Positions 1 through 8,946 of a DNA stretch of 40,851 bases are shown piece after piece (position 1 is the stretch's first letter; every line of letters begins with the position of its first letter). A program made the position numbers and the translations under genes. The stretch is from assembly GCA_050745285.1 (NCBI GenBank), contig JBOGJX010000301.1, positions 1-40,851 on the forward strand, given 5' to 3'. This stretch comes from Terriglobia bacterium (lineage in GTDB: Bacteria > Acidobacteriota > Terriglobia > UBA7540). The notes under the pieces were generated by a model. It saw only the letters and a list, made by a program, of their open reading frames with translations, ran no database searches and had not been told where the DNA came from.

Positions 1-27
1 GGGTTACGCTGAAACCATTGGGCCGGT

Positions 28-990
28 ATGGCGAGGTCAAGATGGCCCACCTCACTCGCGATGATATTAAAGACTCCAACCCATGACGACCCGCCGAAGG
101 TGAAGACAATAGCGGAAGCGCTGCGATCGGGTGTGGCGCCACCTGTCATCCGCCGTAAAGGTGCACGGGGTGAGTTGTCAGCAACCCTGCCTGAGAAAAT
201 CGAAATCCTAATCATCCTCACGGAAGACCCGGATCAGGAAATCCGCAACCAAGCCATTCAAACCCTGAAAAGCTGGAATTCAGTTGACGTGTGCCGGACC
301 CTAGCCGATGCCGAAACCCCGCCATTCGTTCTCGAATTCGCCGCTTACTGTCTGGTCGACGGGCGGCCGGATTTGCTCGATGTGTTGTTGCAGAATCCCG
401 CGCTGAATACAGAGGTTCAGGATCTCATCCTGGCGCGAATTGCAGCGACGGATCGCGTAGAGAATAGCGCCGCTCAAGTTGCTGTTCGCACCGGAGCAAC
501 TCCATCTTCCAGGGAGGAACCTGCCAAGCCTGACCCCCTGAACGCGGGGGGCGAAACAATCTTGCAAAAACTCGGCCGCATGACTGCGGCGCAAAAGATC
601 AAGTGCGCTCTTATGGGAAGCCAGGAAGAGCGGCTCATTCTGGTCCGCGACGCAAACAAGATGGTGGCGCGCGCGGCGTTGCAATCTCCCAAGCTGACAG
701 AAGCGGAAATTGAAGCTTACGCCTCGATGAAGAACGTGGCGGGGGAGATCCTGAGGCTGATTGCCGGCAACCACTCCTTTCTGAAGAGCTATTCTGTACT
801 CCGAGCACTCGTGAACAATCCTCGCGCCCCGCTTGATACCACTCTTTCCGTAGTCAACCGGCTGAATGACCGTGATATGAAGAGCCTTTCGGTCAATAAG
901 AACATCCCGGACGCGCTTCGCACCGCGGCAGCAAAAACCCTCAGTAGCCGTCAGACCGCTCGGACGCCTTCGTTCTCACGAAAACACTAA
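28..990 (+). CDS. Conserved hypothetical alpha-helical (HEAT/ARM-like) host protein; convergent with the phage-like cluster
   Basis: 320-aa ORF; C-terminal pattern KIKCALMGSQEERLILVRD..SPKLTEAEIE..LVNNPRAP..NKNIP resembles a conserved bacterial hypothetical family; start codon uncertain. Confidence 0.7.
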   Translation: MARSRWPTSLAMILKTPTHDDPPKVKTIAEALRSGVAPPVIRRKGARGELSATLPEKIEILIILTEDPDQEIRNQAIQTLKSWNSVDVCRTLADAETPPFVLEFAAYCLVDGRPDLLDVLLQNPALNTEVQDLILARIAATDRVENSAAQVAVRTGATPSSREEPAKPDPLNAGGETILQKLGRMTAAQKIKCALMGSQEERLILVRDANKMVARAALQSPKLTEAEIEAYASMKNVAGEILRLIAGNHSFLKSYSVLRALVNNPRAPLDTTLSVVNRLNDRDMKSLSVNKNIPDALRTAAAKTLSSRQTARTPSFSRKH

Positions 991-1112
991 CAGATTGTTG
1001 AAAAATGTGTAGCGGCGGCTTCGTGCCGCCACGGGCGCGTTGAGAAGGTTTGGCTCGTGGCGATGTAAAATCACCGCTACACCTTTTACATGAGGTGTTT
1101 CAGCAATCTGCT
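988..1112. mobile_element. MITE-like element: terminal inverted repeats enclosing an inverted GTAG-type REP pair
   Basis: Ends TAACAGATTGTTGAAAAA ... TTTCAGCAATCTGCT; inner GTAGCGGCGGCTTCGTGCCGCCA and TGGCGATGTAAAATCACCGCTAC; related copy in opposite orientation at 35019-35142. Confidence 0.7.
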
Positions 1113-1153
1113 CAACGTTCGGGACAGTCTGCGGTCAACGGAAGGATGGAGTT

Positions 1154-1783
1154 TTACCAGACTGTGACCGCTGCAGTGCCCGCAGCGGAGGCGGTGAGAT
1201 ACAGATTTGAGGCATCGTACATGGTTGGAGCCTGCAAGGAAATGATTATTGTGGAGGTCAGTAAAATGGATAGCCCCACTGGCTTGCGGCCAAGGAAATG
1301 CTGCACAGTGAAGTTCCCAGGCGCGGTAGGCGCGAGCGGAATCTGACCCATGATCCTTGTGGCTTGCGTCACGGCTGTGACAGCGATCGAGTTGGTGACC
1401 ACCTGACCGATCATCGCGTCGCCAGCCGTCGCGCCGATCGGAGAAGCCTGCCAATAGAAGCCAGAGGTTGAATTATAGAAAAGATAGCTCGTGGCGCTGG
1501 CCGGGGCTGCTGAAATTGCGGGCGCAGGCGCGGGCGCGTAGCGCCGGCCTTGTGCGTAGAGCGCGCCGGGGGGTAGACCCGGCGTCAGCGTCGGCGAGGC
1601 TGAAAGCGTGAAACCGGTGGCCACGCCATTGATGCCCAGGTCGTTGAACATCAGGTCGCTGATGAAGGCGACGTTGCCATCGAGCAGCAGCGCGTTGACG
1701 TCCTGATCGGCCTCGTATCCAGTGAGGCCGTGCTGCGATTGGATCAACCCCTTGCGGGGAAGAATTGTTCTGGTTACAGCCAT
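1154..1783 (-). CDS. Putative tail fibre / receptor-binding structural protein
   Basis: 209 aa, last gene of the tail module, A/T/G-rich beta-type composition, C-terminal TVQHFLGRKP fibre-like domain. Confidence 0.6.
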   Translation of the reverse strand: MAVTRTILPRKGLIQSQHGLTGYEADQDVNALLLDGNVAFISDLMFNDLGINGVATGFTLSASPTLTPGLPPGALYAQGRRYAPAPAPAISAAPASATSYLFYNSTSGFYWQASPIGATAGDAMIGQVVTNSIAVTAVTQATRIMGQIPLAPTAPGNFTVQHFLGRKPVGLSILLTSTIIISLQAPTMYDASNLYLTASAAGTAAVTVW

Positions 1784-1852
1784 AAAGGAGCCCTCAGTTT
1801 TCAGCCATCAGCAAACACTTTCAGCCAGTCGATGCTTGCTAAAGGCTGACGG

Positions 1853-2335
1853 CTAGTTGTTCTGACTCAATGAGCTGCGCTGGCAGATGGCGTAAACTTT
1901 CACCGTGCCCTGATTCTGCGGGCCGTTGGTGGCAAAATAGACCTCGCAGGTGAGCACTCCCGTAGCGTCATTAATGTCGAGAATGTAGGGCACGATCACC
2001 AGGTTGCCGGTCCCTAAGTCCGTGTTTGCCAGCGTCGGGAAGCCAGCTTGGCCAGGAATAAACCCCGCCGCGGGCTCGCGGCTCGAGACAAAGATCGGGA
2101 TGAACATGCACTCGCCGCGCGAGTAAACATAGCCATCCACTGGGCTTGCGGGCGTCGGCACCGTGTTGCCGCTGGTATAGAAACCCATAAAGACGATCTC
2201 GCAGCGCACGGCGGCAAATTTTGCATTGTGCGAGAGCTTTTGCAGCGAGTCGTCGGTGAGCGGCTGATTGCCCGCGATGGCAGAATCGGCAATGTCAAAA
2301 AAGCCAGGAATGGCGGAAAAAGTGAGTTGCGACAT
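1853..2335 (-). CDS. Putative minor tail/baseplate protein
   Basis: 160 aa, GAGGG SD, directly after the hub gene; N-terminus (FFDIADSAIAGNQPLT..LQKLSHN) resembles minor tail proteins. Confidence 0.6.
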   Translation of the reverse strand: MSQLTFSAIPGFFDIADSAIAGNQPLTDDSLQKLSHNAKFAAVRCEIVFMGFYTSGNTVPTPASPVDGYVYSRGECMFIPIFVSSREPAAGFIPGQAGFPTLANTDLGTGNLVIVPYILDINDATGVLTCEVYFATNGPQNQGTVKVYAICQRSSLSQNN

Positions 2336-2415
2336 TGTGCTGTTCCCTCAAAAGAGACAAGAGGCAAGAGACGAGCGAGAAATACCAATATGTCTCTCGT
2401 CTCTTGCCTGTGCCA

Positions 2416-5400
2416 CTAAAAGATCGTGTTTCCCGCCGTGCCATCGGCGTAAGTGGCGCCGTTGGCGGCGCTCGAAATAAACATATACTGCGCCTTCTGA
2501 GCGGCGCTCGCGCCGGCCCAACTTGGCACATTAGACGCTGACGGCGCAATGGAATAGGGCGTCGTCAGATTGATAAAGCGCGTATCGAGCAAGTCAAACT
2601 CTACATTTCCTTGCGCATAATTCGGCCGCTTGCCGGTCACTTCGCAGACCACGTTTACCAAGCCCAACCGGCCCGTATGGAAATCGGCCACCAGCGGATG
2701 ATTCAGCCAGACGTAGTCGCCTAGCTCCACCGTGATCGCGGACAGGAACGCTTTCACCTTGTAAACAGGCGGAGCGAAGGCATGACGCCGGAAGATGCGG
2801 TCGGCGATCATCTGCGCCCGCATGTAGCCTCCGTAAGGCAGCACCAGGCCCGTCGCCTCAATCTGCTGATGGAATATCTGGTTATGGCGGATAAGAGACT
2901 CCTGCTGCTCGAAAGCCACCTGAAAATCGTATGCGCGCGCCGCCGTGGTGACTCCGGACTTTTCCACGTTCAGTTTCACCGTGACCACGTTCACGATCCG
3001 CTGCCGCGTGGTTTCCGGGATCCCGACGACGTTCTTCTGATTCAGCGCCATCACGGGCGTCTGAATCGACGGCGATTTCATAGATTTGAGCGAAAGGCGA
3101 CCATCCGGGCGCACGATCATGTAAAGCCCCAGGACCTTCAGAATCTGGTCTTCGATAAACTGCTTGCCGTCGATTGGCCGCGTGATCTGGAACTCAAACC
3201 AGTCTCCGGAAAACTCCGTATCGCGCAGAGCGAGAAAGCCCGGCACATCGATATAAGTGTTGGGATTAATCAGCGTCGCGTCATCACCCGGCGTGAAAAT
3301 CACCCAGCCACGGGCAGGTCCCAGCGGATCGTAGCTCTGCTGGCTGGTGTATACCGAAATGGCGCGCTCGAGCACGTAATCCGAGCCGCGCAAAGATGGG
3401 TCTTGCCCAACCCCCAACTCGTTTTGCAGCGCGGCCAGCAGCAGATCAATGGGATTTCCCTGCAAATAGCGGGGATTCTTGTCACTCGACGGGAAGGCAT
3501 TCGCCCCCACGCTCGGGCCGATGGGCTGCGCCGCCTTTGCCTGGCCGGGGGCCCATTCGAGCGGGCCGCCGCGCAGCCATATCTGCTGGCCCAGTAGGAA
3601 ACGCTGCACGTCACTCAGGGTGAACGTGACCTGGCCATCTGCTGTCCAGCCGGTTTGGTTGATTTGTGCCGTGTGCAGTGTGGTAAAGTCTCCCAGGCTC
3701 TGCCCCGGAAAGCCCATTTTAATCTGCGCGAGCTTGCCGATCAGCGCGTCCTGAGCGGTCAATCCCTTCAGCGTGCCGCTCGGATCAATGCATTTGAGCG
3801 TGGCCGAGCCTACTGACGATTGCCCGTCCAGCTCGTTCACCGTTTGGCTCATGCCTTGCGGAATCGTGAGGTAGGGCAGCACTTGTGCGCTGGTTGAGAT
3901 AGTGAGCAACAGGCCGGGATTCGTGGATGTGAGCCACATCCAGGCGGTAGCGGCAAACATTGGCCACACTTCGAACTCATATGGCAAACTTCTCGCAGAC
4001 AGGGAATAGCCCAATAGACTCCCATCGGCCGTCGTCGCGCGGATTGTGCGCTGGCTCGAGATGAGCATCGTCAGAAGCTGATCTAACGACGTAGACTGGC
4101 TCTGAAAGTAGCTCGTCAAAGCGGCGTCTTCATACATCAGGAGCAACGCTAAGATCAGCCCCCATGTTCCCTCCTGCCAGACCGACTCAGGCACGCCCGA
4201 GTAGCCGCCCGGAGAGTTTTGATAGGGCATCAAGCCGTTGAAAGGCGTGATCTGCTGGTAGGCTTGATTGTAGGAATTCGAAATTGCAGATTTGAGAACC
4301 TGCTGGTTTTGTACGTAAAAATTCTGAAATACAAATTCAATGCACTGCTCGGCCTGCGTGGTAGCGCCCACGGTGTAAGCCAGAATTGCCGCCCATATAC
4401 CGCTGGCATCGAGCGCTTCCGACGTATCCAAACCTGCGTTCGATGCTCCCTGGGCGAAGTGGCCGGGAACCCCGCCTGCGGGCACGATGTAAAGGTTTGC
4501 TAGAAGCTGGCTGGCGACGGTTTCCGCCACCACTTGGATCTGCGTGGCCGTCGCCTGAAGCGACTGCGACTGCGCGTTTGTGATGTTGCCCGTCTTTAGA
4601 AGCTGAATCGCGGCTGTCGAGAGCACTCCCGCGCAGCGCAAGAACGCGAAGTAGATGTCCACTTGATGCTCGGTTGAAACGCTCTTCAGCAGCCCCGGCA
4701 CAAACTGATAGCCTGGATCCACGTATTCACCCAAGCCCAGGTAAAACAAGCTGTGGGTGAGATCACTGGCGGTTGATTGCAGGGTCAAAATGAAGTCGAT
4801 CATCCGCTGCAAATAGAGCGCTGGGGTGTAATCAAGCGAGAGCACCATATAGACAGCGTAGGAGTAACACACCCACGCCATCGCGCCCGCCCGGATGTAC
4901 GCCTGATCGATCTGGCCGTTGTAGACGTCATAGCTGAACGCCAGCGAGTTCGCGGGCTGCAAGCCGCCCACACTGAAGTTGTCGAAATGGAGGTTGCCAG
5001 GCGCCGTAAGCGTCACCTTGAAGCCCGTAATACTGGTTAGCTCGTCGCTGCTCCGATCTGAAATCAGAGATTGGAGATTTAAGAGCTCGGTTCGATAGAA
5101 GTTCCCGCCCGGCCCTACCGCGATGGTGATGATCTTCGTGGCCGCGCTATAAGCGGCGGGCGTGGGCGCGCCGCTTGTAACTTGAACATCCGTGACATTG
5201 CCGCCGCGCGTGATCACGCCAATATCGAAGATAAAGGTGACGGTTGAAGCCTCCTTGTGCTGAAACTCAAGCTGGCCATCGGTCGCGTCTGGCAGGCCAG
5301 CCCCGGTATAGGTGAAGGAATCATTCGCCGTAGTGGCATGGAAATCCACCACGAATCCGGCCCCGTAGGGTGGCTGCGTGGGATCGTCCACAACAGCGAT

Positions 5401-6720
5401 CGTGTCGCTCGGATTTGACTTATTCCAGCGAGACCCGGAGTTGCCGTCTTCGCCGTTCTCCAGGACCTTGGTAGCCAGATACCCCGGATTATCCAGGAAA
5501 TAGTCAATCTGCTTCACGATCTTCGACGCGGCTATGAAGTTGCCCGAAGCCGAAAATGCGATCATCGCCAGAGCGCAATCGTAGATGAAGCTGCGGTTTT
5601 GCAGCGCGCCCGAGTTCGACTGCGTGGGATCAGGCACGTAGAGCGGATCGGAGGTCGGCACGGTGAAGGATCGCGGCAGGTCCTGATAGGCGGCCGCAGT
5701 CTGGAGCGAGGTATAAACCAGCGTCGCGCCCTTCACCGGATCGTTATACAGCACATGCACGGTGAGCTTGCCGCTGGCCGGGACCGCCTGTGATCCGCAG
5801 CGCGCGTGGTAGGGGTCTTGCACGATGATCGGGACGTTGTCTTCCTGCATGTACTCGATGTCAGTCTTCGCATAAATCCGCCCGAAATAGCCGGAAAGCG
5901 CCGGACCGATGCCGGTGTTGGAGTGGCAGATCCAGCCTGCGGGAAGGGTCGAGCCGTGGGACCCCGCTGCCGGCTGCGGCACGCTCACAGGATAAAGCGC
6001 CGCCACGGCCACGCCAGGATTAATGGCCTGTACACTAAACCAGCCATTCAGTCCCTGCTGGATCAGGAGCGATTGGAACTGCGAGGGTTGCGGCGTCTTG
6101 TGGGCGCACGGCCCGGTGAGCGGCTGAGTTACGCCAGGAGCGCTCGACTGATAGTAATACTGGTCGGTAAGCGTGAAGAGATCCACGCGATAGTTCTGAA
6201 TCTGCGTCATGCCGGGCGTAGCGAACAGACTAAAGACATAGCCATAAATCGTCATTCCCTGCAGCACCGGATAGATGTTGCCGTCGCAGAGCTTGATGCC
6301 ATGGGGAGAGGCCTGATAAACCGAATCGTAGGCAGCGGCAATTTGTCCTGCTGTGAGCGGAATCACCGGAGCGAAGAGATTGCCGGTGGGGAGCGTGACA
6401 GGCGCGAAGTTAACGGGAAATCCATCCGGCCCGAGCGACTCATCAAAGAGCCAGCCAGCCGGAGGAAGCAACGCGATGTTTTCGAGCAGTGCGGTGGGAA
6501 GGCTGGAAAAGTCCGCCTGTGAAATAATGCCGCATTCAGCCAAGGCGGGCATCGTGGGCTGCTGCGCCGCGCCCGGCGTCTCGCTGACCGGCAGCGACGT
6601 GAGCAGCGCGTTGGCCTGCCAGTTGCCCACGTCCGCGTTCTGGCGCGAGTAGAGCCACGCCAGTGTCTGCGACATGTCGCCCTGGAAATCGCCGGGATAG
6701 TACTTCGCTACGTTCGGCAT
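2416..6720 (-). CDS. Large multi-domain tail hub/tip protein with internal six-hairpin glycosidase-like region and CBM-like insert
   Basis: 1434 aa after the Dit-like gene; C-terminal ~490 aa is hub-like (QGNPIDLLL, YMIVRPDGRLSL, VELGDYVWL); central motifs RSFIYDCALA, STEHQVD, VWQEGT, ATAW. Confidence 0.7.
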   Translation of the reverse strand: MPNVAKYYPGDFQGDMSQTLAWLYSRQNADVGNWQANALLTSLPVSETPGAAQQPTMPALAECGIISQADFSSLPTALLENIALLPPAGWLFDESLGPDGFPVNFAPVTLPTGNLFAPVIPLTAGQIAAAYDSVYQASPHGIKLCDGNIYPVLQGMTIYGYVFSLFATPGMTQIQNYRVDLFTLTDQYYYQSSAPGVTQPLTGPCAHKTPQPSQFQSLLIQQGLNGWFSVQAINPGVAVAALYPVSVPQPAAGSHGSTLPAGWICHSNTGIGPALSGYFGRIYAKTDIEYMQEDNVPIIVQDPYHARCGSQAVPASGKLTVHVLYNDPVKGATLVYTSLQTAAAYQDLPRSFTVPTSDPLYVPDPTQSNSGALQNRSFIYDCALAMIAFSASGNFIAASKIVKQIDYFLDNPGYLATKVLENGEDGNSGSRWNKSNPSDTIAVVDDPTQPPYGAGFVVDFHATTANDSFTYTGAGLPDATDGQLEFQHKEASTVTFIFDIGVITRGGNVTDVQVTSGAPTPAAYSAATKIITIAVGPGGNFYRTELLNLQSLISDRSSDELTSITGFKVTLTAPGNLHFDNFSVGGLQPANSLAFSYDVYNGQIDQAYIRAGAMAWVCYSYAVYMVLSLDYTPALYLQRMIDFILTLQSTASDLTHSLFYLGLGEYVDPGYQFVPGLLKSVSTEHQVDIYFAFLRCAGVLSTAAIQLLKTGNITNAQSQSLQATATQIQVVAETVASQLLANLYIVPAGGVPGHFAQGASNAGLDTSEALDASGIWAAILAYTVGATTQAEQCIEFVFQNFYVQNQQVLKSAISNSYNQAYQQITPFNGLMPYQNSPGGYSGVPESVWQEGTWGLILALLLMYEDAALTSYFQSQSTSLDQLLTMLISSQRTIRATTADGSLLGYSLSARSLPYEFEVWPMFAATAWMWLTSTNPGLLLTISTSAQVLPYLTIPQGMSQTVNELDGQSSVGSATLKCIDPSGTLKGLTAQDALIGKLAQIKMGFPGQSLGDFTTLHTAQINQTGWTADGQVTFTLSDVQRFLLGQQIWLRGGPLEWAPGQAKAAQPIGPSVGANAFPSSDKNPRYLQGNPIDLLLAALQNELGVGQDPSLRGSDYVLERAISVYTSQQSYDPLGPARGWVIFTPGDDATLINPNTYIDVPGFLALRDTEFSGDWFEFQITRPIDGKQFIEDQILKVLGLYMIVRPDGRLSLKSMKSPSIQTPVMALNQKNVVGIPETTRQRIVNVVTVKLNVEKSGVTTAARAYDFQVAFEQQESLIRHNQIFHQQIEATGLVLPYGGYMRAQMIADRIFRRHAFAPPVYKVKAFLSAITVELGDYVWLNHPLVADFHTGRLGLVNVVCEVTGKRPNYAQGNVEFDLLDTRFINLTTPYSIAPSASNVPSWAGASAAQKAQYMFISSAANGATYADGTAGNTIF

Positions 6721-6769
6721 GGAATTTTCGAGATAATCTTGTTACCATCGCACGTAATAAAAACACCGG

Positions 6770-6949
6770 TTAAGTGCCGTAGCCTCCGATTCCACAGAGC
6801 GTCACGCCATAGCCACCAATGCCCACGCTGAGCAGGGTGGAATCAAAGCTGGCGATGATCACGCCGAAACCCGGAATCTCCAGCACGTAGAGTGGCTGCT
6901 TCTGGAGCTGCGAAAGTGCGTTTTGCCAGGTCTGATTGCCTTGAATCAT
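6770..6949 (-). CDS. Small tail protein (59 aa), possibly the detached N-terminus of the hub protein
   Basis: MIQGNQTWQNALSQLQKQPLYVLEIPG... resembles tail-hub N-termini; ends in repeated GGYG; start at internal ATG 6949 is inferred. Confidence 0.5.
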   Translation of the reverse strand: MIQGNQTWQNALSQLQKQPLYVLEIPGFGVIIASFDSTLLSVGIGGYGVTLCGIGGYGT

Positions 6950-6998
6950 CGTTGTAAGGGCACTGCTTACTGCGTCATGGACGCGCCACGGCACGCTC

Positions 6999-7382
6999 CT
7001 ACGTCACCAATTGCCGGAACTTCAGCTTAAACGAGTACAGCCCAGGCGCCTTGTAGGCAGCGGTCCAGGTGGTTTGCTCAAGCGTGTAATTGGTGAATGC
7101 GCTCTGCGAGCTATCCGCGTAGTAAGCAAACCGGCCACCTGTCAATGCGTAATGCATAAAGCCGTTCCAAGCCTTCACATCCGCGCCGAGCAACACCGTC
7201 TGCATCTCGATTTCCAGGAAATTGTCGATACGCTCCAGGATTGACTCGCGCATACCGGAGCTCGACACGTTGTCATGCCGCGTGGCCACGGAGTTGTAAG
7301 CCGCCACATTGCGCGGCGGATAAGTGAATGCCAGCGTGACAGGGCCAGTGCCAGGATCGTAGATGATCTGTGGATTCGCCAT
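6999..7382 (-). CDS. Distal tail (Dit-like) protein
   Basis: 127 aa directly after the tape measure gene; ends GLYSFKLKFRQ, like short Dit proteins. Confidence 0.6.
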   Translation of the reverse strand: MANPQIIYDPGTGPVTLAFTYPPRNVAAYNSVATRHDNVSSSGMRESILERIDNFLEIEMQTVLLGADVKAWNGFMHYALTGGRFAYYADSSQSAFTNYTLEQTTWTAAYKAPGLYSFKLKFRQLVT

Positions 7383-7452
7383 GGTGGGTTTCAGGAGTCA
7401 GGTGTTGGATATCAGGAAAAGCGCCGGCCGAAGGTTGACACCTGAAACCTTC

Positions 7453-8229
7453 CTAACCTTGCGCATATGCGCTGCGCGTGGATCGTGTGGATGTAAGCTG
7501 CACACCGCGCGTCTCGACGGCGGTATTCAGTGTATTCGCCAACCACTCGCCAGCATCGTTATCACCCATAATGGCGATGGTCAGGTGTCCGCTCGGGCCC
7601 GCAGCCGCCGATGCCGCGCCCGCGCCGAGCGCGGAAATCGCAAAGCCCGCACCGCTGGCTTCGTCGGAAGCGTCGCCTCCGCGGCGCGAGCTGCGAGAGG
7701 CAGATTCCGATCCGCCGCGATTCCCGGGCCCCCTGCCTGCGGAGCCCGCCATCGAGGCAATCTGCGCCCCTGCAAGAGTGCCCCACAAGGCCGCAGAGGT
7801 GAAGTCTTGAGCGGCGGCCCAGAAATCGAAACTTCCCAACGCTTGGAATCCAGCCGCGGTTGCTGCGATGGTCTTATAGAACGCTGTGTGTTTCAGCGCG
7901 GAGGCGGTGGCCATCGACTTGGCCTGTTCAGCTCGCGCATGAGCCGTAACGGAACTGGTTTGGCGCTGTTGGTACCCGGTCAGCAATGCCAGGACGCGGC
8001 CCGTGGCCTTCGTGGCCAAATCGCTCCACCCTTGTGCCGAACGCCCGAGTTCATTGTATGTTCTTGATCCTTCCGCGCGGGCCGCTTGGAGCGCGGAGGT
8101 AAGCTTGCCAATTGTGTTTATGAATGATACCAGTCCATCATTATTTAAGGATTCTGGAGTGATCGCTGATCCAACAGGTGGTTTCTGCTCTCCACTCATT
8201 TCGAACATATACTTAAGTGAATGCGCCAT
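7453..8229 (-). CDS. Very short tape measure-like protein
   Basis: 258 aa, Ala/Gly/Ser-rich helical composition; canonical position between tail chaperones and Dit; AGGA SD. Confidence 0.65.
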   Translation of the reverse strand: MAHSLKYMFEMSGEQKPPVGSAITPESLNNDGLVSFINTIGKLTSALQAARAEGSRTYNELGRSAQGWSDLATKATGRVLALLTGYQQRQTSSVTAHARAEQAKSMATASALKHTAFYKTIAATAAGFQALGSFDFWAAAQDFTSAALWGTLAGAQIASMAGSAGRGPGNRGGSESASRSSRRGGDASDEASGAGFAISALGAGAASAAAGPSGHLTIAIMGDNDAGEWLANTLNTAVETRGVQLTSTRSTRSAYAQG

Positions 8230-8251
8230 AGCCGTTTCCTAAACGTTACTC

Positions 8252-8452
8252 TTACCACCATTCTTCGAACGCCCCAGGTTTCTCAGTTGCTGTCCCTTTC
8301 CACAGCCACACAGCGGTAGCCGCGGCAATGTCAATCTGAAGCGCGGTTGTCCGATAACGAAGTTCAGCCTCTAGTCCCAGTAGCTCGCTCGGCCTGCAAC
8401 TCCAGGTCTCGGCTACCCGCGCCAGGAGCAGAAGATTGTCACTTTTTAGGAA
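8252..8452 (-). CDS. Tail assembly chaperone C-terminal extension (G-T type), probably reached by +1 frameshift
   Basis: Open +1 frame FLKSDNLLLLARVAETWSCRPSELLG..ALQIDIAAA has no ATG of its own and overlaps the chaperone stop at ACG TTT CCT AAA AAG TGA. Confidence 0.6.
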   Translation of the reverse strand, partial: FLKSDNLLLLARVAETWSCRPSELLGLEAELRYRTTALQIDIAAATAVWLWKGTATEKPGAFEEWW

Positions 8453-8870
8453 ACGTGGCGAGGTCGCCCACGGAGGAATTGTCAGTCCCTTCCGAGGCAA
8501 CCTCACCCACCGCCCAGCGAATGATGAAATCAAGGTCCTCATCCGCGATGAGGTCGGGAGGAATCTCTCCCGGTCCTGGCGAAAGGGATATGCGCGGTTG
8601 GACCATGACTTCTGACAAAAGATCGATAATCCAATGTGCCAGTGTTTGTGCGTCTTCAGCCGTTTGAACAGCCGGTGGCCGCTCCACGCTGGAAGCCGCT
8701 GCCGCGACGGCCAGTGTCTGAGGCAACTGCCCCCGGAAAACAAACCATAAGGGTGACGGTCGGCGCATCAACACGGACTTGCGCAATTTCGGCAGGGTAA
8801 CCCGTTCCACTCGCCGGTCGAGATCCAGCGCGCTCTTAAAGTCCTGTACTGTTGCAATGTGATTTTCCAT
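8439..8870 (-). CDS. Tail assembly chaperone
   Basis: 143 aa from ATG 8870; between tail tube and tape measure genes; VTLPKLRKSVLMRRPS and terminal DLATF pattern. Confidence 0.7.
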   Translation of the reverse strand: MENHIATVQDFKSALDLDRRVERVTLPKLRKSVLMRRPSPLWFVFRGQLPQTLAVAAAASSVERPPAVQTAEDAQTLAHWIIDLLSEVMVQPRISLSPGPGEIPPDLIADEDLDFIIRWAVGEVASEGTDNSSVGDLATFPKK

Positions 8871-8946
8871 AGACACGTCTCGCGATGGCCGATCCGGCAC
8901 GGTAGACAAAATACTTCCGGAGGAAGGACCTCGATTCTTTCAGCGA

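Noticed and set aside
1050..1346. 98-aa plus-strand ORF at the left border
   Set aside because: Starts inside the MITE and overlaps the fibre gene in antisense
8439..8450. -1 frameshift at T AAA AAG in the tail chaperone
   Set aside because: Imperfect slippery heptamer, and the -1 frame hits TAG within about 10 codons; the +1/-2 frame is the long open one
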